Of a stretch of 62,288 nt of DNA, positions 35,109 through 45,076 are shown in pieces; positions within the stretch are counted from its first letter, which is position 1, and each line of letters begins with the position of its first letter. The stretch comes from a virus. Taxonomy: Duplodnaviria; Caudoviricetes. The position numbers were made by a program, and so were the translations under genes. The stretch is taken from positions 1 through 62,288 of IMG/VR virus record IMGVR_UViG_3300032286_000962, one strand, 5' to 3'. Under the pieces are notes generated by a model, which saw only the letters and a program-made list of their open reading frames with translations, was not told the DNA's origin and searched no databases.

Positions 35109-36860
35109 ATGATCGTTGCATTAGACACTGAAACTTTTTACGACGACGAGGTCTCCATCAAGACACTCGGAACGTGGCACTATCTGCGCCACCCCAAGGC
35201 CGACCTGTACCTGCTCTCGGTAGCAGCCGACAACGGGCTCAGGTGGGCTGGCCACCCAAAGGACTTCGACTGGTCGCAGATCGTCGGGCCTGACGTGACG
35301 TGGCTCTCTCACAACGTCTCCTTCGACTCCATGGTCATCGAGCGGCTGCAGGAGCTCGGACACGCTCCAGAGAGCATCGAGATCGCGGAGTGGGTATGCA
35401 CAGCCGACATGGCCGCGTACCTAGGCCACAATAGAAGCCTCAAGGAAAGCGCCAACAGCCTGCTGGGCGTCGAGATGACGAAGACAGTACGAGACAACAT
35501 GAAGGGACAGCGCTGGGAGGACATGGACGTGTTCTTTCGTGACGACGTGCTCAAGTACGCTCTGGACGACGCGGTTCACTGCCTCAACCTTTACCTGCAG
35601 CACGGCGACAAGTTCGTGGAGCACGAGCGCGAGATCAGCGCCATGACGCGCACGATGTGCTCACGCGGAGTTCCGCTCGACGTTCCAGCTCTCGACAAGG
35701 CGATTACCAAGTTGCAGACGGCTATCTGGCAGGCCAAGCTCGACATCCCATGGGCCGACCGCGAGGCGATCCTATCGCCGCTGGCAGTACGTGCCGAGTG
35801 CGAGAAGGTGGGAATCTGGGCTCCAGCGTCCTTCGCCAAGGGCGACGACGAGGCGGAGCGTTGGGAGGACGAGTTCTCTCACCTGCACCCATGGATCAAG
35901 GCTGTACGTAACTTCAGGCGCGGCAACAAGCACCTGAGCACGCTTGAGACCATGCGGAGTCGCTGCAGGGAGGATGGGACTATGCCATACGGATTGAAGT
36001 TTTTCGGAGCCCACACTGGGCGTGACAGCGGCGACGGCTCGTGGAACGCGCAGAACCTTCCCAAGGGCGAGGTCTTCGACGTCGATGTCCGCAGCATGAT
36101 CAAAGCGCCCGAAGGCTACACCTTCGCGATCGTTGACCTTAGTCAGATCGAGCCACGCGTGCTTCACTGGCTCGCAGGAGATACCAAGATGCTCGAACAC
36201 ATCCGCCAGTGCCCAGACTTCTACGAGGCTCAGGCGCGTGCCATGGGCCTCTGGAGCGGAGACGAGCCGCTGCGTACCGACCCCAAGAAACGCCACCTGA
36301 TCAAGGGATTGAACCTTGGGCTCGGCTACGGCATGGGCGCGAAGAAATTTGCTTCGGTCGCGAATATCCCCACCGACGAGGCGGAGCGACTAACGCGCCT
36401 GTACCGCGTCAAGAACCCGCTCGTGACTAAGCTCTGGAAAGACTTGGAGGAGGTACTACGCAGCACCGCTACGAGCAAGGAGGACAAGAACGCGGAGATC
36501 GAGATGCCTTCGGGTCGCAAGATGACATACCGAAACGTGTCAGTGGATCACGGCGGACTCACCGCTCAGATACCGCGCCAAGGCAAGTTCATGCGTCTAG
36601 GATTTTGGGGCGGCGTCGTTACGGAAAACCTTGTGCAGGCGACCGCCCGCGACGTCTTCATGGACTGCTGTCTTCGCATCGAGGCGCAGGGATTCCCAGT
36701 GCTCATGAGGATCCACGACGAGGTCGTGTGTCAGGTGCCAGTATCTGAGGCCGACGCTAGGCTGCAGCAGATCATCGAAATTATGTCCACGGCTCCAGAA
36801 TGGGCCGAGGGGCTTCCGCTATCCGCCGAGGGATCACTCTCCGACGTCTACAAAAAATAA
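35109..36860 (+). CDS. polA: Family A DNA polymerase with 3'-5' exonuclease
   Basis: LDTET, HNVSFD and YALDD exonuclease motifs; motif A DLSQIEPR, motif B KGLNLGLGYGMG, motif C IHDE. Confidence 0.95.
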   Translation: MIVALDTETFYDDEVSIKTLGTWHYLRHPKADLYLLSVAADNGLRWAGHPKDFDWSQIVGPDVTWLSHNVSFDSMVIERLQELGHAPESIEIAEWVCTADMAAYLGHNRSLKESANSLLGVEMTKTVRDNMKGQRWEDMDVFFRDDVLKYALDDAVHCLNLYLQHGDKFVEHEREISAMTRTMCSRGVPLDVPALDKAITKLQTAIWQAKLDIPWADREAILSPLAVRAECEKVGIWAPASFAKGDDEAERWEDEFSHLHPWIKAVRNFRRGNKHLSTLETMRSRCREDGTMPYGLKFFGAHTGRDSGDGSWNAQNLPKGEVFDVDVRSMIKAPEGYTFAIVDLSQIEPRVLHWLAGDTKMLEHIRQCPDFYEAQARAMGLWSGDEPLRTDPKKRHLIKGLNLGLGYGMGAKKFASVANIPTDEAERLTRLYRVKNPLVTKLWKDLEEVLRSTATSKEDKNAEIEMPSGRKMTYRNVSVDHGGLTAQIPRQGKFMRLGFWGGVVTENLVQATARDVFMDCCLRIEAQGFPVLMRIHDEVVCQVPVSEADARLQQIIEIMSTAPEWAEGLPLSAEGSLSDVYKK

Positions 36861-36862
36861 TT

Positions 36863-37128
36863 ATGAAAACAGAACACAAACCCGTCTACATGGTCTTCCG
36901 CGTTGGCGGAGGATCTCCATCAGAAATGCACGCAACGCGTGAGGATGCTAGCGAAGAGGCTGTCAGGCTGTGCCACAAACACCCCAGCAACACGTTCTAC
37001 GTGCTGGAAGCTGTGTCCGCCTACTCGTCTGTAGTGAAAGTAGAAAACACTCATTTTAAACCCATTCACGAAAGAAATCGGTGGTGCAGCTGCAACGACT
37101 GCACTTCTTACTACAGCCAGAAACTTTC

Positions 37129-37132
<4 letters not shown>
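36863..37132 (+). CDS. Hypothetical protein
   Basis: H...A..EAVRL...HP..TFYVLEA pattern. Confidence 0.6.
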
Positions 37133-37452
<320 letters not shown>

Positions 37453-37459
37453 GACCCAT

Positions 37460-39640
37460 ATGAAGTTATTCTCACTGAAGAACCTCGTCACTCACGAGAT
37501 CCTCGAAACGGACGACCAGTACCTAGCTGGCACCGAGAACCCACGCAACCTGCTCGACACGCCACTCAAGACCAAGGAGGAGTACGCGAGCTGGTGCGCC
37601 GACGCCACGACCAGCGGCGTCTTCCTCTCAGCCGCTGAGGGCGTCAATCCTCACGATCGAGTGAAGGACAGTAACCCCGCGAAACGGCTGCACGGCATCA
37701 TCGGCGACTACGACGCGGAGACCGCGATGGACAACATCGACAAGCTCTCGAAGAGCACCGCGTACATGCCAGCCTACGTGATCAGCACGTTCACGCCGGG
37801 CAAGGTGCGCCTCATCTGGGCCTTCGAGGCTCCAGTCAACGTGCTCAACGAGGCGATCACCGAGAAGTTCCTGCTGGAGCTGAACAAGGCGGTGCGTATC
37901 TCGTCGGCGTTGCCCGGCTTCGACAAGAAGTCTTTCGAGCTCAACCAGTACTTCGAGATGGGCACTCAGTGGAGCGCCGTGTCGATCGACGGCAAGATTC
38001 CCTTCCTACCATCCACTCTGCTTGAGACTTGCCTGCTGCAGGGCGCTGAGAAGGCCAAGATACAGCCCACCGACGCTCCACTGATCCCCATCGAGATCGT
38101 CGCAGCCGAGGTCGAGCAGCAGTTCCCCAACCGCATTCAGGGCACCTTCGAGATCGGCAAGAAGCAGCCCCTGTTCTGGATCAACGACGGCATCGAGCGA
38201 CTCGCATCAGTCATCTCGGAAAACGGCATGGTCATCTTCTCAGACCGCGAAGGAACCAACTTTAAGACTTGGCGTCAGATCCTAGGCGGAAAGTTCGTCG
38301 AGCGTTTCGAGCAGGAGCAGACTGGCAAGGCGGCTCAGATGTTCTGGTTCGACGGCAAGACGTACTGGACGAAGCACCACGCCGACAACTTCGTGTACCT
38401 CGCCAAGGAGGACGCCAAGCTGCACCTGCGGGGCGCGGGAGTCAACGATCGACCACAGCGGGGACAGCAGGTCAGCGACGTGGAGCGCGTGCTCATTCAC
38501 GTGCAGACTCAGCGCCGAGTAACCGCAGCCGTTCCCATCCTGTTCTCTCCAGACGAGACCGTGGACTTCGGAGGCGAGCGTTACCTCAACATCAGCAACA
38601 AGCGCGTCACGCAGCCCGCTAGCAGCGCGTCAGTGGATCAGTTCCCATGGCTGCACGACTTCATCACCAACGCGTTTGACGGCGAGATGGACGGCATCCC
38701 AGCGTACGAGTACTTCCTTGGATGGTTCAGGCGGTTCTACGAGTCGGCGCTGAACTGCAGGCCACTGCCGGGTCAGGTGATCATCATCGCTGGCGACGCG
38801 CATACTGGAAAGTCGTTCATCAACAAGTGGGTCATCGGCGAGGCGCTGGGCGGATCCGTAGACGCGGAGCCTCTCCTGATGAAGGAAACCAGCTTCAACA
38901 AGCAGGGCGCTGAGTGCGCTCTCTGGCGCTGCGACGACGCCGCTACAGACGGCAACTGGAAGACACGCGAGATGTTCACCAAGAGCCTCAAGCAGATGGC
39001 CGCAAATCCTAGCCAGCTCTACCAGCCCAAGTTCCGAGACAGCGTCGAGCTACCATTCCTTGGGCGCGTAGTCGTCACCTGCAACACCGATCCCGAGTCG
39101 CTGCGAATCCTGCCAACTCTCGACGGAACGATCCGAGACAAGATCATGCTCTTCAAGCTGCGAGAGGGATACCGCCCGCACTTCCATGGCACCAACTACG
39201 ACAACGAGCAGCGAGTGTGCAAGGAGCTCCCGTTCTTCCTGCGCTGGATGCTAGATCGTGAGATGCCAGAGGGCATCATAGATCCAGTGTATAAGCGCTT
39301 CGGTGTGAAATCGTTTCACCACGCGGAGCTCGTGACGTCGGCTCAGACCACGCAGAGCGAGTACGTGTTCTCGGAGATCTTGGACGCTTGGCTCAACGCG
39401 AAGCGCGAGGAGAAGGTCAAGCAGGTCGAGGTGACTGCCACCGAGCTCAGGACTCAGCTCGCAGCGGTGCTGGGTCAGGGCGCTGATCTCTCGAACTTCA
39501 AGACGGTGAGCATCGGCAAGCAGCTCTCCAAGCTCATGCAGCAGGACATGGTGCGAGAGCTCAAGGGAAAGCGGATGCTCGACGGCAAGGTCAAGTACCA
39601 GTTCGTCTTTACGGACGATCCAGTCGAACAGCCGTTCTAA
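37460..39640 (+). CDS. Primase-helicase (primase-like N-terminus plus SF3-like helicase)
   Basis: IIGDYD in the N-terminal domain; Walker A GDAHTGKS, Walker B CDD and motif C VTCN. Confidence 0.8.
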   Translation: MKLFSLKNLVTHEILETDDQYLAGTENPRNLLDTPLKTKEEYASWCADATTSGVFLSAAEGVNPHDRVKDSNPAKRLHGIIGDYDAETAMDNIDKLSKSTAYMPAYVISTFTPGKVRLIWAFEAPVNVLNEAITEKFLLELNKAVRISSALPGFDKKSFELNQYFEMGTQWSAVSIDGKIPFLPSTLLETCLLQGAEKAKIQPTDAPLIPIEIVAAEVEQQFPNRIQGTFEIGKKQPLFWINDGIERLASVISENGMVIFSDREGTNFKTWRQILGGKFVERFEQEQTGKAAQMFWFDGKTYWTKHHADNFVYLAKEDAKLHLRGAGVNDRPQRGQQVSDVERVLIHVQTQRRVTAAVPILFSPDETVDFGGERYLNISNKRVTQPASSASVDQFPWLHDFITNAFDGEMDGIPAYEYFLGWFRRFYESALNCRPLPGQVIIIAGDAHTGKSFINKWVIGEALGGSVDAEPLLMKETSFNKQGAECALWRCDDAATDGNWKTREMFTKSLKQMAANPSQLYQPKFRDSVELPFLGRVVVTCNTDPESLRILPTLDGTIRDKIMLFKLREGYRPHFHGTNYDNEQRVCKELPFFLRWMLDREMPEGIIDPVYKRFGVKSFHHAELVTSAQTTQSEYVFSEILDAWLNAKREEKVKQVEVTATELRTQLAAVLGQGADLSNFKTVSIGKQLSKLMQQDMVRELKGKRMLDGKVKYQFVFTDDPVEQPF

Positions 39641-39666
39641 AATTTGCGGTCGGTAGTAGTGTGTGA

Positions 39667-39707
39667 GGGGCTCCAGTCGTCTTCGGATGGCTGGAGCTCC
39701 TTTGTTT
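39667..39707 (+). terminator. Rho-independent terminator
   Basis: GGGGCTCCAGTCGTC-TTCG-GATGGCTGGAGCTCC followed by TTTGTTT. Confidence 0.85.
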
Positions 39708-39727
39708 ATGCGGGTCTAGAGGGCATT

Positions 39728-39796
39728 AAAAATAATTAAAACTTTTTGTTGCAACCAAAGCGGATTTGGACAATGATCACTCCAGTCAGTAACAAC
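39728..39796 (+). promoter_or_regulatory. Early promoter copy (island 2)
   Basis: 25-bp identity with 22670-22694 and 20-bp identity with 22719-22738. Confidence 0.7.
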
Positions 39797-39822
39797 CAAC
39801 CCGAACCAAAGGAACCACCACA

Positions 39823-40257
39823 ATGAGCATCAAGTACACCGCAACCTACAACGGACAGAAGTTTGTTCGCCGCTCCAAGCGCGACGCTTCACGGCCCTAC
39901 ACCCACTGCATCATCGCCCGCAAGAGCGAGTCATACTACAATCCGTTTGACCTGTCCCGTGAGATTGAGAGCCTCGAATACGCTCTGAGCAACGTCTGGA
40001 AGAAGTACTACCCTGACAACAGCCCTGACAGAAATCTGTCCATCCAGAACGCCCGCTACACCAAGCTGGCCAACACCCCAGCCGACGAGTACCTGCAGGA
40101 GTGTCTTGACCGACGTCTGGAAAATTACTCGGAGATCGACTTCCAGAAGTACCACATCATCGCTTGGGCGGGACGCCCCGACCTCGCCATCAAGCAAGTC
40201 GCTGAAATCAGCACGCACTCCGAATGGAGCGACGTCCGCGCCGTAGCTGCAGAATAA
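39823..40257 (+). CDS. Hypothetical early protein
   Basis: ORF following the repeated promoter. Confidence 0.65.
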   Translation: MSIKYTATYNGQKFVRRSKRDASRPYTHCIIARKSESYYNPFDLSREIESLEYALSNVWKKYYPDNSPDRNLSIQNARYTKLANTPADEYLQECLDRRLENYSEIDFQKYHIIAWAGRPDLAIKQVAEISTHSEWSDVRAVAAE

Positions 40258-40282
40258 CCCATCAACCCAAGGAACCACTCCA

Positions 40283-40507
40283 GTGAAGCTCAACAAACGC
40301 ATCATCGACCGCGCTGTACGCCCTTTGGGCGTGCAGATCCAGCACGAGCGCGGCTCAGGCTACTTCTACTTCACCACGCTCGGCGAGGACGCCCACCAAG
40401 TCGGCGAGTCGGTCTACGTCTGCTACTACGATCAACTGACTCTGCAGCAGTGGGAGAGCGAGGCCGAGCTGGCTGTACGCTTTGAAACTGAAAACCCAAA
40501 TTTTTAA
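40283..40507 (+). CDS. Hypothetical early protein
   Basis: GTG start after an AAGGAACCA leader. Confidence 0.6.
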   Translation: MKLNKRIIDRAVRPLGVQIQHERGSGYFYFTTLGEDAHQVGESVYVCYYDQLTLQQWESEAELAVRFETENPNF

Positions 40508-40577
40508 AATTAATTGTTTACAACCGAACCCGATTCGCTATTTTAAAACTCGAAAGTCAACATCAACACCCAACACC

Positions 40578-40784
40578 ATGACCAACAACACACAATCGAT
40601 CGTCGTCACGATCAACACCATCAACGACGCGTTCCTCTTCCCATCTCCAGACTTGGAGGTGGCAAGGATCCTACGGGATCTAGCGGATCGCATCGACGAC
40701 GGGCACACTCCATCGTTCCTGTACGACGCCAACGGAAACGTCACTGGTAACGTCGCACTCTTCAACCAACCATCCAACATCTAA
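40578..40784 (+). CDS. Hypothetical early protein
   Basis: NDAF...EVARILRDLADRI...D.NGN pattern; upstream promoter copy at ~40505-40545. Confidence 0.65.
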   Translation: MTNNTQSIVVTINTINDAFLFPSPDLEVARILRDLADRIDDGHTPSFLYDANGNVTGNVALFNQPSNI

Positions 40785-40795
40785 CACACACGACC

Positions 40796-41248
40796 ATGGG
40801 CTACACGCACTACTACAAACTAAACAGGGCCGCGATTACGCCAGAGGAACGCGCCACGGGCTTCAAGCTCGCCGCCGAAGAGATCAACCGCATGAAGCTG
40901 TACCTGCCAAAGGACATCAAGATCAGGGGAGGACTCGGCCACGGCGACGCCGTTATCAACGAGGAAGAGATCTGGTTCAACGGCGACGACAAGTACGACC
41001 TCGACCACGAGACGTTCCACGTCAAGCGAGACAACGACGCTCTGGAGTCGATCGGCTTCTGCAAGACCGCACGCAAGCCATACGACGTGCTCGTGTGCTG
41101 CGCCCTGATCAGTCTCAAGCGCCACCTGCGTGGAGCATTCGACTTCACGAGCGACGGAACGCGCAGCGACTGGGCCAGCGCCATCGCGTTCTACAACGCC
41201 AACACGAACGGACACCACGGCACCAACAACACGACTCACCTCTCATGA
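40796..41248 (+). CDS. Conserved hypothetical phage protein
   Basis: MGYTHY...FNG...HETF...FCKTARKPYD...SDG. Confidence 0.75.
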   Translation: MGYTHYYKLNRAAITPEERATGFKLAAEEINRMKLYLPKDIKIRGGLGHGDAVINEEEIWFNGDDKYDLDHETFHVKRDNDALESIGFCKTARKPYDVLVCCALISLKRHLRGAFDFTSDGTRSDWASAIAFYNANTNGHHGTNNTTHLS

Positions 41249-41520
41249 ACGCACCAACACGACACAAGCGCGGCGAACTCAGTCCCTGCGGAACGCTGCG
41301 ATTCTGGCAGTACCAAAAGTACGTGCCCAAGAAGACTGGCAAGCCCTGCGAGCGCTGGATACCAGTCGAGAACTACGAGCGGTACTCGAAGCAAGTCGCG
41401 TTCAACAACACGCTTGGATCCGCACGATCCGATTTCATCAAGTCGCAGCAGGCTAAGATCAAGGCGAAGCGAAGCGCCAAGAATACGATTGACCCAGTCG
41501 GCTCGACTGAGATCAAATGA
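41245..41520 (+). CDS. Hypothetical protein
   Basis: ATGA overlap; KRG...FWQY...ERW. Confidence 0.55.
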   Translation: MNAPTRHKRGELSPCGTLRFWQYQKYVPKKTGKPCERWIPVENYERYSKQVAFNNTLGSARSDFIKSQQAKIKAKRSAKNTIDPVGSTEIK

Positions 41521-41599
41521 CGTTTTCGCCTTCGGCTAGGTTCTAACGAAACAAACGTCTCGTGGATCTGACTCCCTAGCCGAGGGCAAAACTTTATCA

Positions 41600-41707
41600 A
41601 TGAAACCCAAGATCAAAGCGTGCCTACCCACATGCGCCAAGTGCGGACGTCTCGCACCAGTCGCCGTGAAGACGAACAGGTGCATCAACTGCGACAAGAC
41701 GAAATGA
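41600..41707 (+). CDS. 35-aa Zn-finger peptide
   Basis: Manual translation MKPKIKACLPTCAKCGRLAPVAVKTNRCINCDKTK; ATGA coupling to the next ORF. Confidence 0.5.
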   Translation: MKPKIKACLPTCAKCGRLAPVAVKTNRCINCDKTK

Positions 41708-41820
41708 ACTGGATCCCACTATTACAATGCTTCGGCGCTGGAGCCTTCGGCATGCTCGCCATGTTCGTGGCCATTTGCTTGATCCCGGAGATCGAGGACT
41801 TTTTTAAGAAAAAGAAATGA
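41704..41820 (+). CDS. Small membrane peptide
   Basis: MNWIPLLQCFGAGAFGMLAMFVAICLIP...; ATGA overlaps at both ends. Confidence 0.5.
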   Translation: MNWIPLLQCFGAGAFGMLAMFVAICLIPEIEDFFKKKK

Positions 41821-41999
41821 ACCACCCACAGACACCCAACAACGAGGTCGCAAGGCTCCGTGAGCTTCTGAACCGAGCGATAAAGATCCAAGAAGAGAAG
41901 TGCACCTCATGCCGTTGCTACCATTGCGACGCGCTAGAGATGGAGCTTGAAATCATCAAAAGAGAAACCAACCAACTTAACAGCATACCTAATACTTAA
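41817..41999 (+). CDS. Hypothetical EVARL-module protein
   Basis: ORF track; Cys cluster. Confidence 0.55.
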   Translation: MNHPQTPNNEVARLRELLNRAIKIQEEKCTSCRCYHCDALEMELEIIKRETNQLNSIPNT

Positions 42000-42003
42000 T
42001 AAA

Positions 42004-42369
42004 ATGAATACAGATAAAGGAATTAACCTTGGAATTGCTCTACGACGGATATTTGAAATCGCAGAATGGCTAGATCTCCGAGCGATAGTGCTTGATAAAA
42101 GCGACGCTGAAACGCTTCCAAAATTGAGAGCTGAACTTGCACAACTGAAAACCCGACTCGCCCCCGCGCCAGAGGAACCCTGCAAGCACGAAACCAAAAA
42201 CCTCATGCTCCTTGGCTCCCATTGGCATTGGTGTAATCGGTGTGGGTCGGCTCAACGATTGGTTGACGGGAAGCCTTTTGGAAGCTGGAAAGTGCCAGAG
42301 GAAACCCAAGACGGGGCAATGATGGACGAGTGGTACGGAGGCTTCTCAAAGATCGAAAAAACCAACTAA
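42004..42369 (+). CDS. Hypothetical modular protein
   Basis: RLAPAPEEP followed by CKH...WCNRCG. Confidence 0.55.
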   Translation: MNTDKGINLGIALRRIFEIAEWLDLRAIVLDKSDAETLPKLRAELAQLKTRLAPAPEEPCKHETKNLMLLGSHWHWCNRCGSAQRLVDGKPFGSWKVPEETQDGAMMDEWYGGFSKIEKTN

Positions 42370-42376
42370 TAGAACT

Positions 42377-42721
42377 ATGAAACGAAAAGAAGTCAGGAAT
42401 GCAATTCGGATTCGCACAACCCCCCGCAATGTCGATGGTCACCAAACTGTAATCGGGGAAGTCACGTTTGGAGTCTCCGTTATTGCTGATGTGCGAGCCT
42501 CGGGGGCTATGGCTATCGCCACGGAAGAAATCAAGAGAAGGATTGAGGAAAGGCTCTTTAATGAAACAGGCGAGGAGATCATGGAACTCATCTGGGAGCT
42601 CAAAGGGGATATTGCCTTGGAATGCAGGGCCATGCGTAAAATTATTTTCAAAAAGCTGGATCGGATCGTGGATCTTATCGCTGGCCGCGAGGAGGAGACT
42701 GAAATGGAGGACGGGGAATGA
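42377..42721 (+). CDS. Hypothetical protein
   Basis: ORF track. Confidence 0.5.
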   Translation: MKRKEVRNAIRIRTTPRNVDGHQTVIGEVTFGVSVIADVRASGAMAIATEEIKRRIEERLFNETGEEIMELIWELKGDIALECRAMRKIIFKKLDRIVDLIAGREEETEMEDGE

Positions 42722-42962
42722 AGATAACATTCTGGAATCCACTACCATTGATCTTTATTGGATTTATCCTAGGAGCTTTAACCTCACACTTATTCTGGAA
42801 ATGAACCCCAACGAAATCCGTTCGCAGATTCGCAAACAATTAGACCTACTAAACCACAACCCGAACAATAAACCCTCCTAGTTTACTGAAACACCGCAAG
42901 TTTACTCACCAGTAAAAAGCTACACAACCAATAAAAACATCAACCCCGCATTCAATAAGAAT

Positions 42963-43610
42963 ATGAACACCGAACAAATATACCAAATGAACCACGGCAC
43001 CTCACCAACGCAAGGCTTCTATGTTTCAAAATCGGAGTTTCTTGATCTCAAACGATCACTCTCCGAACAAACCAGCGAGGTCGCAAGGCTCAAAGAGCAA
43101 AACCAAAAACTCCGAGAGATTGCGGATTTTGCTGTCGATGCACATCAACACTCTGGAATGCGCTACAAACTTAAAACAGAACTAGCCCGACTCGCCCCTG
43201 CGACAGAAGAATCAGATCATATCGAGCAAGACCTCGAAATGGTTCACCCAATCATGAACTGCCAAGTCTGCGGAGAGTTCCAAGGACATGGGCATGAGTG
43301 CGCCCCCGCGCCAGAGGAACCAGTTATCCAAGATTCTCGGATAACTGAACCCTGTAAATGCGGATATGGGCCGCATTGGAATGAGTGGAATGGAGTTTGT
43401 TCTGATTGCGGACGCACCCGACGCCCGTTGCCAAAGCAGGAGGAGATGCCGCTGGAGAAAGATCAAGTGATTGATTACTGCCGCAAGTGGTCAGACAAAC
43501 ACCTTGCAGATCACGGCAAGGAGACATTTTACTCCCGCCTTGGGCTTCTGGTGGACTTTGCCACCGACCTATACCGCGACGAGATCCAGAAGCTCAAGGA
43601 GGCCAAATGA
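42963..43610 (+). CDS. Hypothetical mosaic protein with Zn ribbons
   Basis: EVARL, RLAPATEE, APAPEEP and several CxxC motifs. Confidence 0.6.
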   Translation: MNTEQIYQMNHGTSPTQGFYVSKSEFLDLKRSLSEQTSEVARLKEQNQKLREIADFAVDAHQHSGMRYKLKTELARLAPATEESDHIEQDLEMVHPIMNCQVCGEFQGHGHECAPAPEEPVIQDSRITEPCKCGYGPHWNEWNGVCSDCGRTRRPLPKQEEMPLEKDQVIDYCRKWSDKHLADHGKETFYSRLGLLVDFATDLYRDEIQKLKEAK

Positions 43611-43792
43611 GCACCAACACGACGAGCTCCGACAAGTGCCCCACGTGCGGCGCTGTTTGGTCAGGCGGAATTGGAAGACATAATTGGCTCGATCGGGCCC
43701 CAAAAGCTGAGGCCGAGCTTCAAGCGCTGCGCCTCGAACTTGCTGAGACGCGTCGGCTTCTCGACGAAATAAGATCGTCGTTGGAGAGCTAA
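43607..43792 (+). CDS. Small Zn-ribbon / coiled-coil protein
   Basis: CPTCG; ATGA overlap. Confidence 0.55.
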   Translation: MSTNTTSSDKCPTCGAVWSGGIGRHNWLDRAPKAEAELQALRLELAETRRLLDEIRSSLES

Positions 43793-43793
43793 C

Positions 43794-43946
43794 ATGACGC
43801 TGATTCAGCGCATCAGGCTGCAGAAATCCTTCGCCGACTGGTGCCGATTGCACCGAGTTCCAGCCAAAAAGTACCCAGCCTACGCCGCTCGTGTCTTCGC
43901 CATCTACAGCGCCGTGATGCTGCGCGGCGGTTGTCGCAGCAAGTAA
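43794..43946 (+). CDS. Hypothetical 50-aa basic protein
   Basis: Manual translation MTLIQRIRLQKSFADWCRLHRVP.... Confidence 0.45.
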   Translation: MTLIQRIRLQKSFADWCRLHRVPAKKYPAYAARVFAIYSAVMLRGGCRSK

Positions 43947-43949
43947 CGT

Positions 43950-45030
43950 GCAATTAATTCAAAGGATAGTGATTCACTGATTCAGTGCATCAGTGCCGCA
44001 AAGTAACATTGTATTATCGGAAGAGTTAAGTGGGAGTGGAGTGAAAATGGAGATGGAAAAGTCATCTCCCCTACAGCTAAGTGTTTAAACAGCAGACAAT
44101 TACGAACAAAGAAGTGGAGAAGTGGAGAAGTTGGGGAAATTGTCATGGCTGCGGCGGCGCGGCGCGGCGGCGGCGGCGGCGTCTATCTATATATATTTTC
44201 CCTACAATATTTTATATTATTACTCCACTTCTCCACTTCCACTGGCCGTTGGCCCTGTGTTTAAGCGGCTGCGCGGCGGAGTGGAGATGAAAAAATCAAG
44301 TCCACTTTACCCCACTTCCCTCTGTACAACTCCACTTCTCGGTCTCGTAACTTCTGCAGCGTTCTCCTTTGTATCAGTGTACCATGGTTTAGTGCTTCAG
44401 GGTAACAGAGTAGAATCTCGACTTCGTCTCTGTTCAGGCGTCTCGATCCTGCGTCGAACGCTTTCTCTGATCGCGCCGCTCCCTTCTGTGCCGCTTTGCC
44501 GCGCCGCTAAGGCACCCTGCGCTCATCTTCAGTGTCGAGCTGATACATTGTCGCCAAAGCGCTGGGCAAACTCGATGGCGGGGCTTTAAACGAGTCGGCG
44601 TTTGTCGGCGTAATGTTAAATTAATTAAATGCCGCATTGTCGCAGTGCATCGGTGACGCATTGTTGCTGCTTCTAACATGATGTTAATGAATTATCGATG
44701 TTATGATAGCGAGCTGAAGTCTTGAATTACTCTGTTCTAACCTGATAATAATCCATAACTTCAGATAACCTTTGTCATGGATACTTCTCGCATATTCGTA
44801 TCACTATTGCACTACTTACTACCTAAGTGCATCATCTACACAGGGTTACATATATTAATGCACCATGCCTCTCGACGACTCGGCGACGGGGTGCCTCTCG
44901 ATCGGACGGGGGGTGGGGGGAGGAGGAGGAGGGTGGGTGGGTAGGGGGAGGAGGAGACGCGGCCCGCCCGCCGCCGCCGCCCCCCTCAAAAGGGAGGTGG
45001 CCAATTTTTTAGAAATAATTTTTTTTGAAT
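43950..45030. other. Large non-coding region: candidate origin / genome terminus / packaging site
   Basis: GTGGAG iterons in both orientations, a 17-bp inverted repeat, an AT-rich tract and G-runs, immediately upstream of terS. Confidence 0.6.
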
Positions 45031-45076
45031 TGCGTTGTCCTACCGATTCGACATAGGTTCTCCAACTGCTATCATC

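Noticed and set aside
44081-45056. ORFs in the large intergenic region
   Set aside because: They are low-complexity translations of GGC, G-run and TA tracts, not credible proteins.
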